55,978 nt of DNA from the NCBI GenBank assembly GCA_964645125.1, contig CAZXZC010000001.1, positions 1 through 55,978 on the forward strand, read 5' to 3'. Made by a program: the position numbers and the translations under genes. Origin of the DNA: an uncultured Candidatus Saccharibacteria bacterium. Lineage in GTDB: Bacteria; Patescibacteriota; Minisyncoccia; UBA6257; 2-01-FULL-56-20. Shown piece after piece: positions 8,471 to 17,021 of the stretch. The notes under the pieces are model-generated. The model saw only the letters and a list, made by a program, of their open reading frames with translations, searched no databases and was not told where the DNA came from. How positions within the stretch are numbered: the stretch's first letter is position 1; each line of letters opens with the position of its first letter.

Positions 8471-9727
8471 TCATTTTATATCTGGGCGTTTTTCGAGTGT
8501 TACTTGGGTGGTAAGCTCCGCATCGCCTCTTTTGATAGTGAGGGTTATAACATCCCCTACTCCGTACTGCGATAATACTACTTGCAGTGGATTTGCTTCA
8601 TCGATTCGCTTTCCGTTTACAGCCGTTATGATGTCGCCTGATGCAAGGCCGGCTTTGTCAGCGGGAGAGTTTTTTTCGATTGCCGGTCCATTTTTTGTCC
8701 CCTCGATAAGTGCTCCATACTCAATACTCAACTTTTTATCTTCTGCTATTTGCGGGTCAATCATGCGATACCGAACACCTAAAAATGCTACTTCGATTTT
8801 CCCACTGGCTTTGACTGATGCGATATCTTTTTTTGCTTGATTGATAGCAATCGCAAACCCAACATTCTGCGCATCGGAGGCAACTGCTGTGTTAATGCCA
8901 ATAACTTGTCCCTGCAAGTTCAGCAACGGACCTCCGGAATTGCCGGGGTTTATAGCAGCGTCCGTTTGAATAACGCCACTGATGGTTTCAGTGATATTTT
9001 CACCAGAGGCGGTTACGGTGCGCGCGAGACCAGAAATACTTCCCACCGAAACAGTGTTTCGAAATTCAGCCAGCGCATTGCCAATGGCAATTGCGGTTTG
9101 ACCAAGTTCAAGACCATCAGAATCACCGAGCTCGACCACCGGGAAATTAGTGCCCTCGATTTTTACAACTGCTAAATCTTGCACGGGGTCGCGAGCCAAT
9201 ACCGTTGCGTCGTATTTTTTTCCATCATTCGTAAACACGGCATAGGATGCCTTCGCATCTGACACCACGTGCTTATTAGTAACAATTAATCCATCTGAGG
9301 AAATTAAGAATCCGCTCCCTCCTCCTACTTCTTGGAATTTCGTACCTTTTTGGCATGACGTAAAAAATTGCGCTCCCCCAAAGAATTCTTGAAATTCCGG
9401 CGGCAGATCATTAAATGGATTTACGGGACATTGCGAAATGACGGGTACGTTTTTTGATACGGTAATAGCAACCACAGCTGGCGAGGCTTTTTTCACCGCC
9501 GCAATGACGGCCTTTTCATACTCAACTGCTGGTTTATACACGGGTGCGTTTTCTGGGGATGGAGCTGATACTGTGACAAATCGACGCCCAAGCCAGGTGT
9601 CTCTGAATGCACGCGCAAGTTGACGAGCGCCCAATTCTACTGCGAACGAGATGCCGATAATCAGCAAAATAAGACCTGCTACTTTTGCGATATGAGTCCA
9701 GTATTGTTTGAAAAATACGTGCTTCAT
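8471..9727 (-). CDS. htrA: HtrA/DegP-family serine protease with an N-terminal membrane anchor and a C-terminal PDZ domain
   Basis: The 418-aa protein has the trypsin-like catalytic motifs TNKHVV, DLAVVKI and GNSGGPL. The PDZ-like C-terminus contains GDIITAVNGKRI. Confidence 0.93.
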   Translation of the reverse strand: MKHVFFKQYWTHIAKVAGLILLIIGISFAVELGARQLARAFRDTWLGRRFVTVSAPSPENAPVYKPAVEYEKAVIAAVKKASPAVVAITVSKNVPVISQCPVNPFNDLPPEFQEFFGGAQFFTSCQKGTKFQEVGGGSGFLISSDGLIVTNKHVVSDAKASYAVFTNDGKKYDATVLARDPVQDLAVVKIEGTNFPVVELGDSDGLELGQTAIAIGNALAEFRNTVSVGSISGLARTVTASGENITETISGVIQTDAAINPGNSGGPLLNLQGQVIGINTAVASDAQNVGFAIAINQAKKDIASVKASGKIEVAFLGVRYRMIDPQIAEDKKLSIEYGALIEGTKNGPAIEKNSPADKAGLASGDIITAVNGKRIDEANPLQVVLSQYGVGDVITLTIKRGDAELTTQVTLEKRPDIK

Positions 9728-9766
9728 GGATTTTTATTTTATCATATATACGCTAGGATAATACGT

Positions 9767-10975
9767 ATGAATCGGTTATTTTCTTTCATTTCACGAGAAA
9801 AATCCCGCCAGGCGCGCACCATTACCCTTATCCCCTCAGAAAACTACGCCCCAAAGGCGGTGCGTGAGCTTACCGGCTCAATACTTACGAATAAATACAC
9901 GGAAGGCTACCCGGGTAAACGATACTACCCGGGCGCGGGAATATACGATGAAATAGAGACTCTTGCTAGAGCAACAAGCTTGAAGGCGTTTGGCCTAAAC
10001 CCTGCCGACTGGGCGGTAAATGTACAACCCTATTCCGGCTCCCCCGCTAATTTGGCAGCGCTACTCGCCCTGGCGGGGCCGGGCGGAGTCGTGATGGGGC
10101 TTTCACTCGCCTCGGGCGGGCACTTAACCCATGGACACTCTGTTTCGGCTACGGGGATGTTTTTTAAGAGCGTGGGATACACAGTTGATCCAGCTACAGC
10201 ATTGATCGACTATGAGCGACTTGAGGAGTTGGCACACCATCATTCGCCTACTGTGATTATTTCTGGCACAACTTCTTACCCACGCGCGATTGATTTTGCG
10301 CGCATTGGAGTAATTGCAAAAAAAGTGGGCGCATACCATGTGGCGGATATTTCACATATTGCGGGCTTGGTTGCAACCGGGTTACATTCATCGCCGTTTC
10401 CGCACGCAGACGTAGTTACTTCAACAACGCACAAAATGCTGCGCGGCCCAAGAGGAGCCGTGATATTTTCGCGCGTAGCATTGGCGCCAAAAATAGATAA
10501 GGCGGTGTTTCCGGGCTTGCAGGGCGGACCACATAACAATGTGATCGCGGCCATTGCGCACACCATGCAAAACGCAACGACGGCAAAATTTAAAACGTAT
10601 GCAAAGCAAATACTTCGCAACTCACACGCGCTGGCTGCGGCACTGCAAAAGCATGGCTTTGTACTTACCACCAGTGGCACTGACAATCATTTGATGGTGA
10701 TTGATTTGCAGAACGCGAATATTACTGGCGCGGAGGCAGAGGCGCTTTTGGAAAAAAATAATATTCTGGCCAACCGAAACTCAATCCCCTCCGACACCAA
10801 ACCATTCTCCCCGTCCGGCTTACGCATTGGCACACCGGCAGTCACTGCGCGCGGAATGAAAGAAAAAGAAATGGTGATACTCGCAGGTGCAATTGCAGAT
10901 GTACTTATTTCAAAAAAATCTGCTGCCAAAATTGTTGCTGGTTTATGCAACACCTTTACAGTCCCGAACGATTGA
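9767..10975 (+). CDS. glyA: Serine hydroxymethyltransferase
   Basis: Motifs include LIPSENY, KYTEGYPGKRYY, GGHLTHGH and the PLP-lysine segment TSTTHKMLRGPRG. I moved the start to the ATG at 9767 (MNRLFSF), because the longer track ORF from 9620 overlaps the htrA start region. Confidence 0.95.
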   Translation: MNRLFSFISREKSRQARTITLIPSENYAPKAVRELTGSILTNKYTEGYPGKRYYPGAGIYDEIETLARATSLKAFGLNPADWAVNVQPYSGSPANLAALLALAGPGGVVMGLSLASGGHLTHGHSVSATGMFFKSVGYTVDPATALIDYERLEELAHHHSPTVIISGTTSYPRAIDFARIGVIAKKVGAYHVADISHIAGLVATGLHSSPFPHADVVTSTTHKMLRGPRGAVIFSRVALAPKIDKAVFPGLQGGPHNNVIAAIAHTMQNATTAKFKTYAKQILRNSHALAAALQKHGFVLTTSGTDNHLMVIDLQNANITGAEAEALLEKNNILANRNSIPSDTKPFSPSGLRIGTPAVTARGMKEKEMVILAGAIADVLISKKSAAKIVAGLCNTFTVPND

Positions 10976-11074
10976 CAATTCCCGAATTTTTGATGAATAT
11001 GGGATTTAGTTGTTTGTTTTTGACTTTCAATTTTACTACTTTTGAAAAATACTTGAGGGGAAAGTGAGGAGGAT

Positions 11075-11611
11075 ATGAGGCTGAGTAAATCCTTTGCCGC
11101 GTTTCAACGAGAGAGATCGGAGTATCGAGCTCGATATAGCGAAATCACACAAATCGCTAATCGACTACAAAAACCGATTGTTCCCCCCGGAACCCGTTTT
11201 TTACTTATTGACGACGAACTCTCTGTGGTACAAACACTTGCCACACTTCTTGCCTTTTGGGAAATTTGGCACGAAATACTCATTTTTGAGCCAAGACATC
11301 TTGAGGGGTTGTCTGTGTCTGATTCAATACATGGACTACTCCTTGATCATGACCTGGCTACTAATGGTTTGGAGCAAGCAATTAATGGCTGCTCTGTATA
11401 CCACAAGATTCGATATCATGGCTGGTATGGCCCCGTTGGTTCAACTTCGGTTGGCAAAGCGGGTGCCGATCTCAGCTACCTCGGCACACCAGTACTTCAC
11501 TGTCCGGTAAAACTTGGCCTTTTGGTTCATCCTGATGAATCTCAAAGGGTTGTCTATGTTAAAGATTTTGCTTCATTTGTCCAAAGACTTGCCGGAGGAT
11601 TTTCTGCATGA
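11075..11611 (+). CDS. Hypothetical protein resembling a CheY-like receiver domain
   Basis: The 178-aa ORF is preceded by a strong Shine-Dalgarno (gtgaggaggat then ATG). Receiver-like landmarks are RFLLIDDE, GLLLDHDL, GSTSVG and PVKLG. The functional call is weak. Confidence 0.55.
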   Translation: MRLSKSFAAFQRERSEYRARYSEITQIANRLQKPIVPPGTRFLLIDDELSVVQTLATLLAFWEIWHEILIFEPRHLEGLSVSDSIHGLLLDHDLATNGLEQAINGCSVYHKIRYHGWYGPVGSTSVGKAGADLSYLGTPVLHCPVKLGLLVHPDESQRVVYVKDFASFVQRLAGGFSA

Positions 11612-11725
11612 ATGCCGATATTCAAGAGATATTGTGGACCCACATTGGAAATAACGAGAAATCATTTCCAATGTGGGTTTTTGTCTTTTTTACTCCCACC
11701 CGGTAGGCTTATTTTATATTCCGGC

Positions 11726-12541
11726 ATGCAGATTGATTGTACTGGCATTACCAATAGCATTCTTGATTCCTGCCGGCAGCTGCCGCGCACGGAGCGCTTT
11801 TTAGCGTTTGTGCAAGTGGGTCAGAACAACGCCAGCACCGCGTTTATTGCGCAAAAGGTAAAAACAGCAGAACAGCTGGGTATTGAAAGTCGCGTCTACA
11901 CATTTGATGCGACTATTTCCGAAGCACGGTTACGCACAGAGATTGAGGCTATTGGAGTAAATGCCGAGTGCGGGGGCATCGTTGTGCAGCTGCCACTCCC
12001 CGCTCATATCAATGCGGATGCGATCCTGAATACAATCCCCTCCGCCAAAGATATGGATGTACTCGGAGGGCAGGCGCTTGAGCAATTCCATAATGGCAAA
12101 AGCACCATTCTTCCACCGGCGGTTGCGACTGTTTCTGAAATTCTTTCTTTTTTACACATCGATGTTACTAACAAGATAGTAGCGATTGTAGGACCGGGGC
12201 GACTCGTTGGTGCACCCGTTGCTGCATGGGCACACCAGCAACATGCGCGGGAGATTTTAATACTTGATAAGGGGTTTGATGTCGTGCGATTACGCGAAGC
12301 AGATGTGGTGGTGTGTGGAGCAGGCGCACCGGGGGTTATTACCCCATCCCTACTTAAACCCACCGCAATCGTTATTGATTTTGGGTATGGTAAAACACCA
12401 GAAGGCAGGGCGCGCGGCGATTTTGATACCTCCGCCATTGACCAATTTCCTGATATTGCCTACACCCCCACCCCCAAAGGCACGGGGCCAATTTTAGTAG
12501 CCTGTTTACTGCGTAATTTTGTGCTTTTAAACACGCAGTAG
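11726..12541 (+). CDS. folD: Bifunctional methylenetetrahydrofolate dehydrogenase / methenyl-THF cyclohydrolase
   Basis: Motifs include VQVGQNNASTAFIAQKVKTAEQLGI, GIVVQLPLPAHI, KDMDVLG, VGPGRLVGAPV and TPTPKGTGPI. The start is set at ATG 11726, because the 38 upstream codons of the track ORF are not FolD-like. Confidence 0.9.
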   Translation: MQIDCTGITNSILDSCRQLPRTERFLAFVQVGQNNASTAFIAQKVKTAEQLGIESRVYTFDATISEARLRTEIEAIGVNAECGGIVVQLPLPAHINADAILNTIPSAKDMDVLGGQALEQFHNGKSTILPPAVATVSEILSFLHIDVTNKIVAIVGPGRLVGAPVAAWAHQQHAREILILDKGFDVVRLREADVVVCGAGAPGVITPSLLKPTAIVIDFGYGKTPEGRARGDFDTSAIDQFPDIAYTPTPKGTGPILVACLLRNFVLLNTQ

Positions 12542-12608
12542 CAACTCTTTTTGTTTCGCTTTGCCGCCCCGCGTGAAGCTGCGGTATACTGGTTGGGTAT
12601 TTATTTTT

Positions 12609-14243
12609 ATGGCGTCAAAACTAAAGTATATTTTCGTGGTTGGTGGAGTTATGTCGGGGGTGGGTAAGGGCATCGCGGCAGCATCAATTGCTAAAATAAT
12701 CTCTTCTCGCGGGCTTTCTGTGACTTCTCTTAAAATCGACCCCTATGTAAACGTTGACGCTGGCACTATGAACCCCACCGAACACGGTGAGGTTTTTGTT
12801 TTGGACGATGGCACTGAATGCGACCAGGACATGGGTAATTACGAACGGTTCTTGGGCACACGCTTGAGCGGTGCCAACTATATGACGACCGGCAGTGTGT
12901 ACCTTTCGGTAATTAACCGCGAACGAAATTTGGAGTATGGGGGCAAGTGCGTGGAAGTGGTGCCGCACATTCCATTGGAGGTTATTTCGCGCATCCAAAA
13001 GGCTGCTGAAAAAGAAAAGGCAACGATTGCCATTACCGAAATTGGCGGCACGATTGGTGAGTATCAGAATGTATTGTTTTTGGAGGCGGTGCGTATGCTC
13101 AAGATTAAACAACCACAGGATGTAGCAGTGGTGTTGGTAAGCTACTTGCCGCTGGTGTCACAAGACAACGAACCAAAAACAAAGCCAACACAGTATGCGG
13201 TGCGCACGTTAAACAGCGCAGGCATACAACCAGATATTATTTTAGCGCGAGCGCCGTTTGCGATTGATGCAAAACGAAAAGAAAAGATTGCGTTCAACTG
13301 CAACCTTCACGAAGAAGATATTATCTCTGCTCCAAACGTAGAAAGTATTTATGAGGTGCCGATTAATTTTGAAAAAGATGGCTTTAGTGACAACCTTTTA
13401 AAAAAGCTTCACCTGAAACCACGGGGACATGACATGAACGCCTGGCGGCGCATGGTGGCGGATATGCACAAAGCAACCACGCCTATTCGTATTGGTATTG
13501 TAGGTAAATATTTTGATAGCGGTCAGTTTACGTTGGCCGATTCATACATTTCTGTTATTGAAGCAGTGAAGCATGCCGCCACAGCAGTTGGCGTGAAACC
13601 TATTATTGAATGGATTAATGCCGAGGAGTTTGAAGGTAATCCAACCGCGCTTTCAAAAATTGATTCATATGCAGGTATTGTGGTGCCTGGAGGGTTTGGA
13701 AACCGCGGGGTCGAGGGCAAGATTGCGGCCATTGGCTACTGCCGCAAAAATAAAATTCCATTTTTGGGACTGTGTTACGGCATGCAAATGGCTGTGGTAG
13801 AGTTTGCGCGCAGCGTGTGCAACATGAAAGACGCGCACACCACCGAAGTGAATAAAAAAACAAAACATCCTGTGGTTGATATTATGCCGGAGCAGAAAAA
13901 ATTAATGGAGCAAAAACACTACGGAGGTACGATGCGACTAGGTGCCTACCCTGCCCATTTAGTACCGGGTACGATTGCTCATGCCCTCTATGGCACAAAA
14001 GAAATATCGGAGCGTCATCGACATCGGTTTGAGGTAAATCCTGATTATATTGAGGCGCTTACCAAAGCTGGTTTGGTGTTTTCGGGGAAATCTCCTGATG
14101 GTGTTCTTATGGAAATTACTGAATTGCCTAAATCGGTGCACCCGTTTTTTGTTGCCTCACAATTCCACCCAGAATTGAAGAGTCAACCACTGACCCCACA
14201 CCCATTGTTTATTGGGTTTTTGAAAGCAGTGGCGAAGTCATAA
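12609..14243 (+). CDS. pyrG: CTP synthase
   Basis: The N-terminus reads KYIFVVGGVMSGVGKGIAAASI. The glutamine amidotransferase part has GFGNRGVEGKI, GLCYGMQ and the C-terminal QFHPE. The start is set at ATG 12609, since the track starts at an upstream TTG. Confidence 0.97.
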   Translation: MASKLKYIFVVGGVMSGVGKGIAAASIAKIISSRGLSVTSLKIDPYVNVDAGTMNPTEHGEVFVLDDGTECDQDMGNYERFLGTRLSGANYMTTGSVYLSVINRERNLEYGGKCVEVVPHIPLEVISRIQKAAEKEKATIAITEIGGTIGEYQNVLFLEAVRMLKIKQPQDVAVVLVSYLPLVSQDNEPKTKPTQYAVRTLNSAGIQPDIILARAPFAIDAKRKEKIAFNCNLHEEDIISAPNVESIYEVPINFEKDGFSDNLLKKLHLKPRGHDMNAWRRMVADMHKATTPIRIGIVGKYFDSGQFTLADSYISVIEAVKHAATAVGVKPIIEWINAEEFEGNPTALSKIDSYAGIVVPGGFGNRGVEGKIAAIGYCRKNKIPFLGLCYGMQMAVVEFARSVCNMKDAHTTEVNKKTKHPVVDIMPEQKKLMEQKHYGGTMRLGAYPAHLVPGTIAHALYGTKEISERHRHRFEVNPDYIEALTKAGLVFSGKSPDGVLMEITELPKSVHPFFVASQFHPELKSQPLTPHPLFIGFLKAVAKS

Positions 14244-14294
14244 ATACGCGCATTGGTGGTTTTTTGGTCACAGGTGTTTTAGTATGCAGGTGAT

Positions 14295-15602
14295 ATGGAT
14301 ATCAATGCCATTAAAAAGCGATACATCACTACCGCTCCTTCAACCGTGGGTGTGTATGTGTTTTTTAATAAAAAAACCCCGGTATACATTGGTAAATCAA
14401 TTAACATTAAGGCTCGCCTAAAAAGCCATTTTGAAAATGCCAAGATTGATCCAAAGGAATTCGCAATTTTTGAAAATACCACTCGTATCACTTATATTCC
14501 GACCGAAAACGAGTTTTTATCACTACTACTTGAGGCGTCGCTGATTAAAAAACATCTGCCAAAATATAACGTTATTTGGCGAGATGGAAAAAGCCACCTC
14601 TATATCAAAATAACAACTGGCGAAATGTACCCAAAAATTTCACTGTGTAGAAAAGAAGACGATGGGGCATCAACCTACTTTGGGCCATTTGCGGGAGTGC
14701 GGATTGCCGAAGGCTTGCTGCGCGAGATTCGCTCTGTTGTCCCCTATTGCACGCAAGCGAAACTTGGGCGACCGTGTTTTTATTCCAAAATTGGATTGTG
14801 TAACCCGTGTCCAAGCGCCATTGAGCACAGTTTTGATGCGGCACTTAAAAAAACATTACACCGTCAGTACAGAAAAAATATCAACACTATTATTTCTATA
14901 TTACGGGGTAAAACGATCACAGTGTTGCGTGGACTTGAGGCAGAAATGAAACGGTTTTCCCGCGCCGGGCAATTTGAAGCGGCTTTGGCTGTTCGAAATC
15001 GAATCTTCCATTTTCAAAAACTTATTAGTGAGCGCGTTGGATTTGAGAGTCCCCACTCCATGGGTATGTACCGAGCAGACCCAACCGCGGGTGCGCGATT
15101 ACTCCATTCCTACCTGATCCAGTTTTTCAAAGATTTGCCCACCTTGGAACGAATTGAATGTTTGGATATTTCCAATACTTCACAGCGCGAAATCGTAGGC
15201 GGGCTTGTGGTTGCAACAGACGGTGCACTCGATAAAAGCCAATACCGTAAATTCAAAATTAAAAATAGCCAGGTACAGTCTGATTTTGATGCTATTGAAG
15301 AAGTGCTGCGGCGACGATTTGCGAAAACAGATTGGCCGATTCCACAGTTATTCTTAATTGATGGAGGCGCACCACAGGTGCGGCGCGTATTGGCAGTATG
15401 CGCTGATATGGGAGTTACCACGCCCGTGGTTGGTATTGCCAAAAACCCAGACCGACTCGTCATGGGTATACCGGGCATGCCCACTAAGCGCTTGGAAACA
15501 AACAACCCCGCGTTTAATATTGTGCGGCTTCTGCGTGATGAAGCGCACCGATTCAGCAAGAAGTATCATACAGCACTGCGCACCAGGCATGCAGGCGGAT
15601 AG
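14295..15602 (+). CDS. uvrC: Excinuclease ABC subunit C, short form lacking the C-terminal helix-hairpin-helix region
   Basis: It has a GIY-YIG segment (GVYVFFNKKTPVYIGKSINIKARLKSHF, then YN), a UVR motif (EMKRFSRAGQFEAALAVRNRI) and the UvrC RNase-H-like endonuclease region (IECLDISNTSQ, YRKFKIK, LRDEAHRF). The ORF ends at 435 aa. Confidence 0.85.
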   Translation: MDINAIKKRYITTAPSTVGVYVFFNKKTPVYIGKSINIKARLKSHFENAKIDPKEFAIFENTTRITYIPTENEFLSLLLEASLIKKHLPKYNVIWRDGKSHLYIKITTGEMYPKISLCRKEDDGASTYFGPFAGVRIAEGLLREIRSVVPYCTQAKLGRPCFYSKIGLCNPCPSAIEHSFDAALKKTLHRQYRKNINTIISILRGKTITVLRGLEAEMKRFSRAGQFEAALAVRNRIFHFQKLISERVGFESPHSMGMYRADPTAGARLLHSYLIQFFKDLPTLERIECLDISNTSQREIVGGLVVATDGALDKSQYRKFKIKNSQVQSDFDAIEEVLRRRFAKTDWPIPQLFLIDGGAPQVRRVLAVCADMGVTTPVVGIAKNPDRLVMGIPGMPTKRLETNNPAFNIVRLLRDEAHRFSKKYHTALRTRHAGG

Positions 15603-15603
15603 C

Positions 15604-16380
15604 CTATTTTCTTACACAAATATATTCACCAAACTCTTTGAGGGGCTGGGTGACTCTAAATCCTTGTTTTTCTAGGTGACTAATAAGCTGTTGCTTGTCT
15701 CCATGAGCTCCCATCTCCATGCTAATAGCTCCTATTTTTTTATAGATGTACTCGGGGAGGTTTAAAAATATTTCATACTCGCACCCCTCGCAATCTACTT
15801 TTATAAAATCACAGAACTCGATATTTTTTTCTTTAAAAAATGCTTCGAGTGTTGTCGCCTGCACCGAAAATGAGCCTTGTACAGTCCCGCCATACTTTGG
15901 TGCGTGATCTCTGAATGAAGATATTAGCGCGCTGTCGTAGGTGGTGTACAGCTCAAGACTTCCCTCTTTTGCAGCGACTGCTTTTTGTATTGGGATGATC
16001 TGTTTTTGATATCCGTTAATCGTGCTGTTTGCCTGCAACATCGCTTGGTTTTGAGGAAATGGCTCAAACGCGTATATGGTGGCACTGCTTGCGCCAGCCG
16101 CAAACACCGAAAACGAGCCGATGTGGGCGCCGATATCGATACCAATTTTTGCTTTTTTAATATGTGGCAAGAGACCGTCATGGATGCCGTAGAGATACTG
16201 CTCATTCACCACATACCCGTCAGCACGCTCTGTGCGCCCATCGCGCAGGAGTATGTAGCCCCCTGAGCGTGGCATAAGAACCAGTGGCTGCGGGCGAATA
16301 TTTAACCGGTATAACAAGCAGCTAAACCAGTTTTTGTAGGTTTGTATGTATCGGAAGAGCGTGAAAAATCTTTGCAGCAT
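15604..16380 (-). CDS. FkbM-family SAM-dependent methyltransferase
   Basis: The 258-aa protein has IGIDIGAHIGSFSVFAA, IYAFEP, and DFIKVDCEGCEYEI typical of the FkbM family. Confidence 0.8.
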   Translation of the reverse strand: MLQRFFTLFRYIQTYKNWFSCLLYRLNIRPQPLVLMPRSGGYILLRDGRTERADGYVVNEQYLYGIHDGLLPHIKKAKIGIDIGAHIGSFSVFAAGASSATIYAFEPFPQNQAMLQANSTINGYQKQIIPIQKAVAAKEGSLELYTTYDSALISSFRDHAPKYGGTVQGSFSVQATTLEAFFKEKNIEFCDFIKVDCEGCEYEIFLNLPEYIYKKIGAISMEMGAHGDKQQLISHLEKQGFRVTQPLKEFGEYICVRK

Positions 16381-16446
16381 TGTGTGTGTTTATAGTATCT
16401 ATTGTTCACTATAGCCATTTATTTGTCGAATAAGACACTGGCATTA

Positions 16447-16476
16447 TTGACATTGGTATTTTAATTACTAATAATT
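16447..16476 (+). promoter_or_regulatory. Candidate sigma-70-type promoter with an overlapping near-palindrome that could be the RHH operator
   Basis: TTGACA lies at 16447-16452 and a TAATAA/AATAAT box 16-17 nt downstream. The 16-nt sequence TAATTACTAATAATTA (16463-16478) is 14 of 16 self-complementary. The site is 25-55 nt upstream of the RHH gene ATG at 16502. Confidence 0.4.
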
Positions 16477-16501
16477 AGAATACTACTTTTTATTCACTTC
16501 C

Positions 16502-16714
16502 ATGAGCACACCGAAGTCTTCGTATACTACCGTTTCAATTCCCCTTCCTTTGAACAATAAAATTAAAAAACTTATTAAAAATAGTGGGTTTCGGTCGACG
16601 TCGGCGTTTGTGATATTTGTGCTTCGAGAATTGCTCACCGAACAAGAAGGCGCAGACATCATACTGGGCCATGAGCGCATACGAGAACGATTAAAAACAC
16701 TCGGCTATTTATAA
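16502..16714 (+). CDS. Ribbon-helix-helix (CopG/Arc/MetJ-like) small protein with a C-terminal LKTLGYL tail
   Basis: The 70-aa protein has an RHH-like pattern: beta strand TTVSIPLPL, helix NNKIKKLIKNSGFRS, helix TSAFVIFVLRELL. It ends in ERIRERLKTLGYL. It is the first gene of the plus-strand operon. Confidence 0.6.
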   Translation: MSTPKSSYTTVSIPLPLNNKIKKLIKNSGFRSTSAFVIFVLRELLTEQEGADIILGHERIRERLKTLGYL

Positions 16715-16744
16715 TCAACCTCTTTATTCCTTTTTATTATTTCC

Positions 16745-17017
16745 ATGGAACTTTCAGCGATTCTCGGGTGGACTGCAACAATTTTGTTTACGCTGTGCTA
16801 CATTCCCCAAATACTTAAAACTCATAAAACAAAAACGGTTGAGGGTTTGAGTTTTTTACTTTTGTTTATTTCGTTCGTGGCGAATATCGTAGCGCTTGTG
16901 TATGCCAGCATTATTCACCAAGTGCCGTTGCAGGTGAAGTACAGCTTCGCGCTCTTGTTTCTTAGCGCCACGATTATTTTGTATCTAAAAATTTGGCACA
17001 GGGAACGGAAAAAATAA
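16745..17017 (+). CDS. SemiSWEET / PQ-loop 3-TM transporter
   Basis: The 90-aa protein has three TM helices and the PQ-loop signature LFTLCYIPQILKTHKTKTVEGLS. Its size and layout are typical of bacterial SemiSWEETs. Confidence 0.8.
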   Translation: MELSAILGWTATILFTLCYIPQILKTHKTKTVEGLSFLLLFISFVANIVALVYASIIHQVPLQVKYSFALLFLSATIILYLKIWHRERKK

Positions 17018-17021
17018 TTTT

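Noticed and set aside
11612-11725. A possible ZTP (pfl) or THF riboswitch in the leader of folD.
   Set aside because: folD and glyA are classic ZTP-riboswitch targets, so I looked for the conserved cores (GGGTCGTG ... CCGGGCGGA ... CCGCCTGGGC). None is present; there are only short generic hairpins. An Infernal scan would settle the question.
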